This document shows positions 9,085-18,792 of a stretch of DNA of 64,000 bases, one piece after another. Each line of letters begins with the position of its first letter. The stretch's first letter is position 1. The notes below the pieces were generated by a model. The model searched no databases. It had not been told where the DNA came from and saw only the letters and a list, made by a program, of their open reading frames with translations. The translations under genes and the position numbers were made by a program. Source of the stretch: Vulcanimicrobiota bacterium (lineage in GTDB: Bacteria; Vulcanimicrobiota; Vulcanimicrobiia; Vulcanimicrobiales; Vulcanimicrobiaceae); the NCBI GenBank assembly GCA_963795695.1, contig CAWCJH010000002.1, forward strand, positions 701,241 through 765,240, in the 5' to 3' direction.

Positions 9085-10488
9085 GTGCTCACCGCCCTCG
9101 ACCCCGTGCTGCTCGCCCGCGTCCTGGCCCGAGCCCTGCGCCGCGGCGGCGACTTCGCCGACGTGTTCTTCGAGAACAAGCTCAGCCAGACGTTCCGCCT
9201 GCAGGACGGCCGCATCCACGAGGCCTCGACCGTCGTCGTGCGCGGCGCGGGCGTGCGGGTGGTCGTCGGCCAGCGGGCCGGCTACGCCTACTCGGACGAG
9301 CTCGACGAGCCGGCGCTGCTGCGCGCGGCCGAAGCCGCCTCGCTGATCGCCCGCGACGGGCGCGAGCAAACCGTCGCCGTCGCGCTCGCACCGCGCGTCG
9401 CGCCGCAGCTCTACGCGCCGCACGCCGACGAGCCGGCCGACTCCGCCCGCTACGTCGAGCTGCTGGCCCGAGCCGACGGGGCCGCGCGCGGGTTCGACCC
9501 GCGCGTCGCCGCCGTGAACGCCTACGTGACCGACGAGCTGCAGTACGTCCAGATCGCGACCAGCGACGGCCGGGTCGTGACCGACCGCCGGCCGCTCGTC
9601 ACGCTCGGCGTGCAAGTCGTCGCCAAGGACGGCGCGCGGCGCGAGAACGGCTACGTCGGCGACGGCGGCCGCACCAGCATCGCCGTCTACGAGGGCACGA
9701 CGCCCGAGTCGCTCGCCCGCGAGTCGGCCCGGATCGCGACGACCAAGCTCGGCGCGCGCGAGGCGCCGGCCGGCGAGATGCCGGTGGTGATCGGCGCGGG
9801 CGGCGGCGGCGTGCTGCTGCACGAGGCGGTCGGCCACGGGCTCGAAGCGGACTTCAACCGCAAGGGCACCTCGCTCTACAGCGGGCGGGTCGGCGAGCGG
9901 GTGGCCAGCGACCTGGTCACGATCTACGACGACGGCGACCTGCCCGGCGAGCGCGGCACGGTCGCGGTCGACGACGAGGGCACGCCGGGCCAGCACAAGG
10001 TGCTGGTCGAGAATGGCATCCTGCAAGGCTACATGCAGGACCGGCTCAACGCCCGCCTGATGGGCGTCGAGTCGACCGGGAGCGGGCGGCGGCAGTCGTT
10101 CCGGGTGATGCCGCAGCCGCGGATGTGCAACACCCACATGCCCGCCGGCAGCTCGAGCACGGACGAGATCGTCGGCTCGGTCGAGCGCGGGCTCTACGCG
10201 GCCTCGTTCAGCGGCGGCCAGGTCGAGATCAGCAAGGGCGACTTCGTGTTCATGGTCGCCGAGGGCTATCTGATCGAGCACGGCCGGATCACCGCGCCGG
10301 TGCGCGGCGCGACGCTGGTCGGCAACGGGCCCGACGCGATGACCAAGGTGACGATGGTCGGCGGCGACGCGCGCTTGGCGAACCGCTCGTACACCTGCGG
10401 CAAGGGCGGCCAGTACGTGCCGGTCGGGGTCGGCATCCCGACCCTCAAGCTGGCCTCGTGCACCGTCGGCGGCACCGGCCGTGGCTGA
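9085..10488 (+). CDS. tldD: TldD metalloprotease (peptidase U62)
   Basis: Conserved N-terminal region (GGDFADVFFE...) and full-length TldD architecture. GTG start at 9085. Confidence 0.85.
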   Translation: MLTALDPVLLARVLARALRRGGDFADVFFENKLSQTFRLQDGRIHEASTVVVRGAGVRVVVGQRAGYAYSDELDEPALLRAAEAASLIARDGREQTVAVALAPRVAPQLYAPHADEPADSARYVELLARADGAARGFDPRVAAVNAYVTDELQYVQIATSDGRVVTDRRPLVTLGVQVVAKDGARRENGYVGDGGRTSIAVYEGTTPESLARESARIATTKLGAREAPAGEMPVVIGAGGGGVLLHEAVGHGLEADFNRKGTSLYSGRVGERVASDLVTIYDDGDLPGERGTVAVDDEGTPGQHKVLVENGILQGYMQDRLNARLMGVESTGSGRRQSFRVMPQPRMCNTHMPAGSSSTDEIVGSVERGLYAASFSGGQVEISKGDFVFMVAEGYLIEHGRITAPVRGATLVGNGPDAMTKVTMVGGDARLANRSYTCGKGGQYVPVGVGIPTLKLASCTVGGTGRG

Positions 10489-11827
10489 CCCGCGCGACGA
10501 GGCGCTGGCACTGGCCGAGACGGCGCTCGGCTTGGTCGCGGCCGCCGGCGCGACCGACGCCGACGCCACGGTCGCGATCGTCGACCGCTTCGGCTGCCAG
10601 GCCCGCGACCGCGAGCTGACCCAGCTCGAGCGCTCGCGCGGTCGCGGCCTGACCGTGCGCGCCTTCACCGGCACGCGCCGGGCGACGCTGAGCACCACCG
10701 ACCTCACCCGCGCGGGGATCGCCGCGCTCGCCGCGCGGGTCGTCGCGGCCGCGGCGTTCGTGGCCGAGGACCCGCACGCCGGGCTGCCCGAGCCGCCCGC
10801 GCCGGGCGAGCTCTGCGACCACGACCTCTTCACCGTCTCGCCCGACGTCGCCGAGCGCCCCGACGCCGAGAAGATCGACGAGGCGCTGGCGCTCGAGCGG
10901 GCGATCCGCGCGGCGGACGTGCGGATCGAGAACTCCGACGGCTCGCGGGTCAACGACGCGGTCAGCGTGACGGCGCTGGCCAACACGCGCGGCTTCCGCG
11001 GCGTCACCCAGGGCACCCGCGCCAGCCGCAGCACCGCGCCGGTCGTGCGCGAGGGCGACGCCAAGCGGATCGGCAGCTACGGCAGCGCCGCGCGCGGCTG
11101 GGCGACGCTCGAGCCGCTCGAGTCGGTCGCGCTGCACGCCGTGCACCGCGCGCTGGCCCTGCTCGGCGCGCGCAAGCCGGCGACGATGCGGGTGCCGGTG
11201 ATCTTCGAGCGCGACGTCGCCGCGGCGGTGCTCAAGGACGTCTTCGCCGCGTTCAGCGCGGCCAACGTCGCGACCGGCAACTCGTGGCTGATCGACCGGC
11301 TCGGCCGGCGGGTCGGCAGCGAGCGGGTGACGCTCGTCGACGACGGCCTGCTGCGCGGCGGCCTGGGCAGCGCGCCGTTCGACGCCGAGGGCACGCCGGC
11401 GCGCGAGACGGTGGTGATGCGGGCCGGCGTGGCCGAGTCGTACCTCAGCGACGTCTACTGGGGCCGCCGGCTCGGCATCGCCTCCACCGGCAACGCCTCG
11501 ACCGCCGGCGTGGCCGCCAACAACTTCTACCTCGCTCCCGGCGCGGGCACGCTCGACGAGCTGGTCGCCGCGACCGAGCGCGGCGTGCTCGTGCTCAACA
11601 CGATCGGCTTCGCGACCGAGCACGCCAGCGGCGTCTACAGCCGCGGCGCGCGCGGCCTCTACATCGAGAACGGCGCGCCGCAGTACGCGATCGACGAGTT
11701 CACCATCGCCTCGACCTTCCCCGAGATGCTGGCCGGCATCGACGCGGTCGCCGCCGACCTGCGCTTCGACGACACGGTGGTCGCCCCGTCGTTCCGCATC
11801 GCCGAGATGACCGTCAGCGGAACGTGA
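10481..11827 (+). CDS. pmbA: PmbA/TldE metalloprotease partner (peptidase U62)
   Basis: TldD/PmbA family paralog immediately downstream. It overlaps the tldD stop by 8 nt. Confidence 0.8.
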   Translation: MADPRDEALALAETALGLVAAAGATDADATVAIVDRFGCQARDRELTQLERSRGRGLTVRAFTGTRRATLSTTDLTRAGIAALAARVVAAAAFVAEDPHAGLPEPPAPGELCDHDLFTVSPDVAERPDAEKIDEALALERAIRAADVRIENSDGSRVNDAVSVTALANTRGFRGVTQGTRASRSTAPVVREGDAKRIGSYGSAARGWATLEPLESVALHAVHRALALLGARKPATMRVPVIFERDVAAAVLKDVFAAFSAANVATGNSWLIDRLGRRVGSERVTLVDDGLLRGGLGSAPFDAEGTPARETVVMRAGVAESYLSDVYWGRRLGIASTGNASTAGVAANNFYLAPGAGTLDELVAATERGVLVLNTIGFATEHASGVYSRGARGLYIENGAPQYAIDEFTIASTFPEMLAGIDAVAADLRFDDTVVAPSFRIAEMTVSGT

Positions 11828-11840
11828 AGCGAGACGGCGG

Positions 11841-12419
11841 TCAGCGGGACGTCGGCGCGACGAGGTAGCGCAGCGTCGCCGGCACGATGCCTACGAGCCG
11901 GCCCGCGCGCAGGGAGGCGAGCCCGTTGGGCGCGCTCGTGATGCCGAGCGCGCGCGCGAACGCGTCCATCCGGCGCTCCTCGTCGATGCGCCGGCCGCGC
12001 AAGAGTTCGTGCAGCCACGCGTCGTCGAGCTCGACGCCGAAGCAGCGCGCGACCGCCGTTCGCAGCCGCTCGCGGGCGGTGGGGTCCTCGCTGTTCGACG
12101 CGCACCCGGCCGGCTCGCCGCCGCCGGCGGCGTAGACGGTTGCGAACCAGACGTCGCTGTCGGCCGTGACCGTGCTCAGCAGCGGCACGGCCAGCGCGGT
12201 GCTGAGCTGCGCCAGCACGGGGCTCGCGTCGTACTCGAGCGCCGGCAGCATCGTCAGCCAGCCGTCGCCCTCGGCTCGCCCGATTGCCGCACGGACGTCC
12301 GCGCCGACGCCGGCCGTGCCGGCGGCCGACACCTCCGCGGCGAGCACGCCGGCAGCCTGCGCCGCCGTGCGCTCGACGTCGTTCCCGCGCAGGTGGACGG
12401 TGAAGAAGAAGGCCCCCAC
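11841..12419 (-). CDS. hypothetical protein, immediately downstream of the DUF4157 gene (candidate immunity or partner protein)
   Basis: 192-aa ORF with protein-like composition and a 6-nt gap to the DUF4157 gene stop. No recognisable domain. Confidence 0.4.
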   Translation of the reverse strand: MGAFFFTVHLRGNDVERTAAQAAGVLAAEVSAAGTAGVGADVRAAIGRAEGDGWLTMLPALEYDASPVLAQLSTALAVPLLSTVTADSDVWFATVYAAGGGEPAGCASNSEDPTARERLRTAVARCFGVELDDAWLHELLRGRRIDEERRMDAFARALGITSAPNGLASLRAGRLVGIVPATLRYLVAPTSR

Positions 12420-12425
12420 GCGCGC

Positions 12426-13964
12426 TCAGCTCACCAGCGCGGGATCCGCGCTCGGCTGGCCGCGCCCGCGCGTCCTGGCGAGCGTCCCGACCTCGCGCAC
12501 CAGCGCCGCGTCGGCCGAGCCGCCGGGCGCCGCGGCGAAGCTGTCGGCCGCGCTCAGCGCCGTGCCGAGCACCGCCGTCCGGCGCTCGGGCGGGAACGAG
12601 TCCGGCGTGAGCGTCTGCAGGCGCGTCACGGTCGCCTCGAGGTCGGTCGACGGTGCCGCCGCCGGCGCGAGCGGAATCGCCGCCGGCGCCGGCGCCGCGG
12701 TGCTGGCCGCCGCGAGGATGGCGGCCAGCGCCGCCGCTGCCGCTTCGGCCACGACCGGCGCGGTCGTCCCGCCCGAGACCACGATCACGGCCGCGGCGGC
12801 GACCACCACCACCACGCCCAGCGCGATCCAGCCCCAGGGAATCGAGCGCGCGGGCGCCGGAGCGGGAGCGGGAGCGGGCGTCCCGATCAGCCGGTCGCGC
12901 AGCTCGCGAATCCGCTGCCGGATGCGGTCGAGCACCTCTTTGGGCACCGCGACCGGAACCGGTACCCAGTCGTTCGGCTTCTGCTGCTTCGTGCACCAGT
13001 AGTAGTACACGCCGTTGGTCGGCGCCGACGCGTTGAGGTACTGCTCGTTGCCCTGCGAGTCGGGTCCGAACGGGGTGAGGCCGTTCTGCGGCGGCATCGG
13101 CACCCAGCTCATCGGCTCGGTCTGGTGGTCGGGGTGGCGCGCCTTGTACTCCGTCATGTAGTTGAAGAGCTGCTCGAAGGGCGCGATGTCCTGAGCTTGC
13201 GAGACCGGCTTGATCTCACCGAACTCGCGCAGCGTGCTGCCGGGCTTGAAGTGGAACAGGTCGGCGTACCCGCTGTTGCCGCTGCCCGACATCGCCGCGC
13301 CCTCGACCTCCAGCTCCGAGAAGCAGAACGGGTTCTGGGTGCTGCACCAGCCTTGGACCGCCTTGTGCGCGCGCTCGCCGATCAGGCTGATGCTCTGGCC
13401 CGGGCAATCGCACGAGGCGACCGTCTCACGGTAGAGCGTGCGGCCGTCGCCGGCCGCGCCGACCACCGGCCGCTCGCCGCGCACGACCGCATCGGCGGCG
13501 CGGCGCGCCTCGCTCTCGGCCGGATCGCTCGGGCTGCTGGTGCGCTCCGCTTTCTGGCCGACGGGCACCGGCGCGCGCGCCTGCTGGACGACGTGGGTCA
13601 GCTCGTGGGCGAGCAGCCGCCGGCCCTCGGGGCTGGCCGGCGCGAAGGCGTCGCGGCCGAACACGACGTCCGAGCCGAGCGTGAACGCGCGCGCGCCGGC
13701 CCGCTGGGCGGCGGCCGCCGCCTCGTCGTCGGCATGGACGCGGACGCTGCCGAAGTCGAAACCGAACGCGGCGCTCATCTCGCGCTGCGTCGTCTGCGGC
13801 AGCGGCAGGCCGTTGCCGGCGACCTTGGGCGCACAGCGCGAGCACGTGCCGTGGCAGGCGCAGGGCGTGCTGCGCCGCGTCACCTGCGCGCCGGCCCGCT
13901 CACGGGGCACGAACGAACCTACCGGCATCGGGGACGCGCTCCTCTTCGGCTGGGCCGAGACCAT
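12426..13964 (-). CDS. DUF4157 (HExxH zincin-like) domain protein with a TM segment and an uncharacterised C-terminal region carrying a PD-(D/E)xK-like signature
   Basis: FGFDFGSVRVHADDEAAAAAQRAGARAFTLGSDVVFGRDAF...LLAHELTHVVQQ is the canonical DUF4157 core. Downstream lies ...GYADLFHFKPGSTLREFGEIKP (D...ExK), then an APAPAPAP linker, a hydrophobic helix (IPWGWIALGVVVVVAAAAVIVV) and a low-complexity tail. The start is ambiguous (ATG 13964, 13928 or 13778). Confidence 0.7.
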   Translation of the reverse strand: MVSAQPKRSASPMPVGSFVPRERAGAQVTRRSTPCACHGTCSRCAPKVAGNGLPLPQTTQREMSAAFGFDFGSVRVHADDEAAAAAQRAGARAFTLGSDVVFGRDAFAPASPEGRRLLAHELTHVVQQARAPVPVGQKAERTSSPSDPAESEARRAADAVVRGERPVVGAAGDGRTLYRETVASCDCPGQSISLIGERAHKAVQGWCSTQNPFCFSELEVEGAAMSGSGNSGYADLFHFKPGSTLREFGEIKPVSQAQDIAPFEQLFNYMTEYKARHPDHQTEPMSWVPMPPQNGLTPFGPDSQGNEQYLNASAPTNGVYYYWCTKQQKPNDWVPVPVAVPKEVLDRIRQRIRELRDRLIGTPAPAPAPAPARSIPWGWIALGVVVVVAAAAVIVVSGGTTAPVVAEAAAAALAAILAAASTAAPAPAAIPLAPAAAPSTDLEATVTRLQTLTPDSFPPERRTAVLGTALSAADSFAAAPGGSADAALVREVGTLARTRGRGQPSADPALVS

Positions 13965-14029
13965 CGTACGCGATGGGCCCCTGCTTGCCAAGCATGCCGC
14001 ACGGCGCACGCGGCGGCGCTGCGCCTGGA

Positions 14030-14983
14030 TTACGCCCGGGTCTTGGGCGTGCCGGCCGGGCCGTCGGAGGCGGGCAGGTCCGAGAAGGCGACGGCGAAGA
14101 CGCCGACCGGCTCGCGCTTGCCCTGCACCTGCTGCGGCCCCAGCGACCGGATCAGGTAGCGGGCCGGCTCGCGCACCGCGTGCATCACGTCCTCGGTCGC
14201 GACGACCGGCACGCCCAGCCGCTTGGAGAGGCCCTCGACCCGTTTGGCGGTGTTGACCGCGTCGGAGACGATGGTCGTGTCGATGTGGCGGGCGTCACCG
14301 ACCGTGCCGAAGGTGACCGGGCCGGTGTGCAGGCCGACCCCGATCTGGATCGCCGGCTTGCCGACCGCCTCGCGGTTCATCTGCGCGACCTCGCGCTGGA
14401 GGGCCAGGGCGGCGTCCAGCGCGTCCTCGACCCGGCGCGGGAAGAGCGCCATGTAGCCGTCGCCGAGGTACTTGTCCACGGTCCCGCGGTGGTCGCGCAC
14501 GACCTTGGCGGAGCGGGCGAAGAACTCGGCGACCAGCGCGAAGGCGGCCTCGGAGGAGAGCGTCTCGGTCAGCGCCGTCGAGTCGCGGATGTCCGCGAAG
14601 AGGACCGTCATCGGTTCGGTGGCCCGGTCGCCGAGCGTCACCTCGGTCACCGAGCGGTAGCCCAGCCGGTCCATCAGGGTGCGCGGCACGAAGCGGCTCT
14701 TGGCCGCGCTCTCGCGCTCGAGCTGCGCCACCAGGCGAGCCGAGCCGTCGCGGGTCGCGCCGGCCACCGCCTGCGCGTAGCGCGCGACCGCGGCCAGCCC
14801 GAGCACGAGCGCCATCCAGAAGAAAACGCCGTCGCCGCCCAGGGCGGTGGCGACCGCAGCGATGCCTGCGGCAAGCGAGGACTCCGCCGCAAGAGCCGGA
14901 TTGCGCAATGCGCGGCCCGTGCACGCGGCGATGACCGTAAGCGCACCCAACGCTCCCGCGGCCGCAGCCGTGACCGGTGTCAT
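14030..14983 (-). CDS. membrane-anchored class III adenylate/guanylate cyclase
   Basis: Two N-terminal TM helices followed by the CYCc catalytic domain (VLFADIRDSTALTE...KYLGDGYMALF...GLHTGPVTFGTVG). ATG at 14983. Confidence 0.8.
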   Translation of the reverse strand: MTPVTAAAAGALGALTVIAACTGRALRNPALAAESSLAAGIAAVATALGGDGVFFWMALVLGLAAVARYAQAVAGATRDGSARLVAQLERESAAKSRFVPRTLMDRLGYRSVTEVTLGDRATEPMTVLFADIRDSTALTETLSSEAAFALVAEFFARSAKVVRDHRGTVDKYLGDGYMALFPRRVEDALDAALALQREVAQMNREAVGKPAIQIGVGLHTGPVTFGTVGDARHIDTTIVSDAVNTAKRVEGLSKRLGVPVVATEDVMHAVREPARYLIRSLGPQQVQGKREPVGVFAVAFSDLPASDGPAGTPKTRA

Positions 14984-15132
14984 TGTCTTAGCATGCCTTT
15001 CGAAGGTCCATCCGTCGACGGTCGACCGCCTGGAGGGTTCGTCCGCCGAGCCGGCGAGCCTCCCCCGCATCCTTCCTTCGTCTCGCCCGCCGGGCGAGGA
15101 CACGTGGCCCGTGGTACCGTACCGGACGAGCG

Positions 15133-16584
15133 ATGGCCACTAGTCCTTCGATCGGTACCCAGCTCGTGATGCGGCTGGAGACTCCCAACGAGCCGGGCTC
15201 GTTCGGCATCCTCGCCCAGGCGATCGGGAACGCGGGCGGCATCGTCGGCGCGCTCGACACCCGCACCGTCGGCAAGACCACGATCACCCGCGACGTGACG
15301 GTCAGCGTGCCGAGCGAGGCGGTCGGCGACCAGGTCCGCCACGCGGTCGAGGCGGTCGAGGGCGTGCGCATCCTCAGCGTCTCCGACGCGACCTTCCTGG
15401 CTCACCTCGGCGGGAAGATCCGGACCGGGATCACCCGCCCGGTCAAGACCCGCCAGGACCTCTCGACGGTCTACACGCCGGGAGTCGCGCGCGTCTCGAG
15501 CGCGATCGCGAAGGATCCCAACAAGGCCTACGCGCTGACGATCAAGCGCAACACCGTCTGCGTGCTGACCGACGGCACGGCGGTGCTCGGCCTGGGCGAC
15601 ATCGGCCCCTACGGCGCGGCGCCGGTGATGGAGGGCAAGTGCATGCTCTTCAAGCAGTTCGCCGACATCGACGCCTTTCCGATCTGCCTGGACACCAAGG
15701 ACGTCGAGGAGATCGTGCGCACCGCCAAGCTGATCGCGCCGATCTTCGGCGGGATCAACCTGGAGGACATCAGCGCGCCGCGCTGCTTCGAGGTCGAGCG
15801 CCGGCTGATCGAGGAGCTCGACATCCCGGTCATGCACGACGACCAGCACGGCACCGCGGTCGTGATCCTCGCGGCGCTGATGAACGCCGCCGCGGTCGTC
15901 GGCAAGAAGATGGAAGACCTCACCATCGTGCTGACCGGCAGCGGCGCGGCGGGCACCGCGACGATCAAGATGGTGCTGGCCGCCGGCGTGCGCGACGTGA
16001 TCGCGGTCGACCGCGACGGCGCGCTCAACCGGCAGGACAGCTACGCCAACTCGCACTGGACCTGGCTCGCCGAGCACACCAACCGCGAGAACCGGCGCGG
16101 CACGCTGCAGCAAGTGCTCGCGGGCGCCGACGTGTTCATCGGGGTCAGCGCGCCGGGAATTCTGCAGCCGGAGTGGATCGGCACGATGGCGCGCGACCCG
16201 ATCGTGTTCGCGATGGCCAACCCGACCCCCGAGGTGATGCCCGACCTGGCCGCGCCCTACGCGGCGGTGATCGGCACCGGGCGCAGCGACTTCCCCAACC
16301 AGATCAACAACCTGCTGGCGTTCCCGGGCATCTTCCGCGGCGCGCTCGACTGCCGCGCCCGGCGGATCACCGAGGGCATGAAGCTCGCGGCGGCGCGCGC
16401 GATCGCCGGCATCGTCGGCGAGGAGCGCTCGGCCGAGTACATCATCCCCAGCGTCTTCGACACCCGGGTGGTCGACGCGGTCGCGCAGGGCGTGGTGCAG
16501 GCCGCGATCGAGGAAGGCGTCGCACGGCGCGAGCTGCTGATCCCCGACGACGAGGCGGCGACCGAACCCGCGAGGACTCGCTAG
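15133..16584 (+). CDS. NAD(P)-dependent malic enzyme with an N-terminal ACT domain
   Basis: ACT-like N-terminus, then the malic-enzyme signature (YTPGVARV...GLGDIGP...) and a Rossmann region (VLTGSGAAGTA). Confidence 0.85.
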   Translation: MATSPSIGTQLVMRLETPNEPGSFGILAQAIGNAGGIVGALDTRTVGKTTITRDVTVSVPSEAVGDQVRHAVEAVEGVRILSVSDATFLAHLGGKIRTGITRPVKTRQDLSTVYTPGVARVSSAIAKDPNKAYALTIKRNTVCVLTDGTAVLGLGDIGPYGAAPVMEGKCMLFKQFADIDAFPICLDTKDVEEIVRTAKLIAPIFGGINLEDISAPRCFEVERRLIEELDIPVMHDDQHGTAVVILAALMNAAAVVGKKMEDLTIVLTGSGAAGTATIKMVLAAGVRDVIAVDRDGALNRQDSYANSHWTWLAEHTNRENRRGTLQQVLAGADVFIGVSAPGILQPEWIGTMARDPIVFAMANPTPEVMPDLAAPYAAVIGTGRSDFPNQINNLLAFPGIFRGALDCRARRITEGMKLAAARAIAGIVGEERSAEYIIPSVFDTRVVDAVAQGVVQAAIEEGVARRELLIPDDEAATEPARTR

Positions 16585-17270
16585 TGTTCGAGCGGATCCT
16601 CATCGTCGAGGACGATGCGGACGTCGCCCAGTTCGAGAAGGTGATCCTCGAGAAAGCGGGCTACGAGGTGCGCCTGGCGCCGACCGGCTCGGCCGGGCTC
16701 GAGGCCGAGCCGCTCTTCAAGCCCGCCGTGGTGCTGCTCGACGTCGAGCTGCCCGACATCTCGGGGCTGGACGTGTGCACGTCGCTGGCCAACTCCTCGG
16801 ACGCGTTCATCCTGATGGTCAGCGCGCACTCGAGCGAGAACGACGTGCTCAAGGGTCTCGGTCTGGGCGCCGACGACTACATCCGCAAGCCGTTCAACGG
16901 CAACGAGCTGGTCGCCCGGGTGCAGTCGTTCCTGCGCCGCCGCGAGCGCTCGCGCAAGAGCGACCAGGACGGCCGCCTCTCCACCGGCGGCGCGACGCTG
17001 GTGCGCGACTTCCACACCCTCGAGCACGGCGGCAAGAGCGCGACGCTGACCGCGCTCGAGTTCCGCCTGCTGTGGTACCTGGCGGAGAACGCCGGCAAGC
17101 TGCTGACCCGCGCGCAGATCCTCGAGCGGGTCTGGAACGACGTCTCGGGCGTGCCGACCCGGGTGGTCGACGTGCACGTCGCCGCCTTGCGCAAGAAGCT
17201 CCACGAGGTCGGCGCGGCGCTGGCGATCTCGTCCGTGCGCGGCATCGGGTACCGGCTGGACGAGCGCTGA
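16584..17270 (+). CDS. OmpR-family response regulator (receiver plus winged helix)
   Basis: GTG at 16584 overlaps the malic-enzyme TAG (TAGTG). ILIVEDD receiver domain and a C-terminal trans_reg_C (LTALEFRLLWYLAENAGKLLTRAQIL). No sensor kinase gene is adjacent. Confidence 0.8.
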   Translation: MFERILIVEDDADVAQFEKVILEKAGYEVRLAPTGSAGLEAEPLFKPAVVLLDVELPDISGLDVCTSLANSSDAFILMVSAHSSENDVLKGLGLGADDYIRKPFNGNELVARVQSFLRRRERSRKSDQDGRLSTGGATLVRDFHTLEHGGKSATLTALEFRLLWYLAENAGKLLTRAQILERVWNDVSGVPTRVVDVHVAALRKKLHEVGAALAISSVRGIGYRLDER

Positions 17271-17295
17271 CGCGCGGGGCGCGTTCGCCCATCAC

Positions 17296-18735
17296 ATGCT
17301 GCCCGCGATAACGCTCGACCCGCGCGACGCGCGCCCGCTCTACGTCCAGATCGCCGACTCGCTGGCGACCGCGATCGAGGCGGGCGAACTCGCGCCCGAG
17401 GAGCGGCTGCCGCCGATCCGCGCGCTGGCGGGCGAGCTCGACGTCGCGCTGGTGACCGTCTCGCAGGCCTACGAGACGCTCGCCGCGCGCGGCCGGATCG
17501 TCTCGCGGGTCGGCCGCGGCACCTTCGTCGCGCCGCGGCGCGCGCCGGAGGACGCCGCCTTCGCGCACACCTGGGAGCCCTCGCTGCTGACCCGCGGCGA
17601 GCGGATGGAGGGCGTCATGGACCGGCTCGCGCAGGCGCGCGCGCCGGGCGTGATCTCGCTGGCCACCGCGCACCCGGCGCCCGAGACGTTTCCGCTGGCC
17701 GACTTCTCGCGCGCCATGCAGCGCACGTTCGCCGACGACCCGCCCGCCTCGATGCAGTACCGGGCCAACACCGGCGACCCCGATCTCTGCGCCGCGCTCG
17801 CCGAAGGCCTCGTCGCGCGCGGCTGCGATGCGCGGGCCGACGAGATCATCGTCACCTCGGGCGCCCAGCAGGCCGCCGACCTGATCGCCTCCGTGCTGCT
17901 GGCCGAGCGCGCGGTCGTCGCGGCCGAGTCGCCGACCTATCCGGGCACGCTGGGCGTGTTCGACGCGCGCGGGGCGAGCTACGTCGAGGTGCGCAGCGAT
18001 GCCGACGGGGTGCGCATCGACGACGTCGAGCGGGTCTTCGCCGAGTACCGGCCGCGGCTGTTCACGATCTGCCCGATCGCCGAGAACCCGACGGGCCTGG
18101 TGCTGCCGGCCCGGCGCGGCCGGGCGATCGTCGAGCTGGCGCGCCGCTACGACGTGGTGGTGCTCGAGGACCAGACCGGCTGGACGTTCACCTACGACGA
18201 GCCCGCCCCGCCGCCGCTGGCGGCCTACGACACCGACGGCCGGGTCGTGATGATGGAGTCGCTCTCGAAGTCGATCTTCCCGGCGCTGCGGATCGGCTAC
18301 CTGCGGGTCAAGGGCGCGATGCGCGACTCGATCGAGGTCGCCAAGGTCCGCACCGACTCGTTCACCTCGACGCTGACCCAGCGCGCGCTGTGGCGCTTCA
18401 TGAGCGGCCCGGCCTACGCGCGCCACCTCAAGGGCGCGCGGGCGCTCTACCGGCACCGGCGCGACCTCTTCGTCGACGCGCTGGCGCGCGCGCTGCCCTG
18501 GGCCGACGTCCGCCCGCCCCAGGCCGGCACGAATGTCTGGCTGCGGCTGCCGCCGCGGCTCTCGACCCAGGCCGCCTTCGAGGCCTGCGCGCGCGCGGGG
18601 GTGCTGGTCATGCCCGCCGACCCGCTCTACCCGAGCCGGGGCGGCCCGCCGGCGCTGCGGCTCTCGTTCGGCGACTGCGACGACGCCGCGCTGCTCGAGG
18701 CGGCGGCCCGGCTGGGGCGCGCGCTGGGGCCGTAG
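17296..18735 (+). CDS. MocR-like GntR-family regulator fused to a PLP-dependent aminotransferase domain
   Basis: N-terminal GntR HTH (LPPIRALAGELDVALVTVSQAYETL) and a large fold-type-I aminotransferase domain. Confidence 0.8.
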   Translation: MLPAITLDPRDARPLYVQIADSLATAIEAGELAPEERLPPIRALAGELDVALVTVSQAYETLAARGRIVSRVGRGTFVAPRRAPEDAAFAHTWEPSLLTRGERMEGVMDRLAQARAPGVISLATAHPAPETFPLADFSRAMQRTFADDPPASMQYRANTGDPDLCAALAEGLVARGCDARADEIIVTSGAQQAADLIASVLLAERAVVAAESPTYPGTLGVFDARGASYVEVRSDADGVRIDDVERVFAEYRPRLFTICPIAENPTGLVLPARRGRAIVELARRYDVVVLEDQTGWTFTYDEPAPPPLAAYDTDGRVVMMESLSKSIFPALRIGYLRVKGAMRDSIEVAKVRTDSFTSTLTQRALWRFMSGPAYARHLKGARALYRHRRDLFVDALARALPWADVRPPQAGTNVWLRLPPRLSTQAAFEACARAGVLVMPADPLYPSRGGPPALRLSFGDCDDAALLEAAARLGRALGP

Positions 18736-18792
18736 TCGGTCGGCGGGCGGCACGGGCGGAACGCGTTTCGGGCAGGGGGAACACCGGCGCCC

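Noticed and set aside
6214-10619. Long overlapping ORFs 6214-9009 (-) and 6216-10619 (+)
   Set aside because: Alternate frames of the OMP and tldD genes. No domain signatures. Biased RG-rich composition.
12009-14159. 716-aa plus-strand ORF opposite the DUF4157 gene
   Set aside because: Antisense to two supported genes. Composition dominated by R/G/A.
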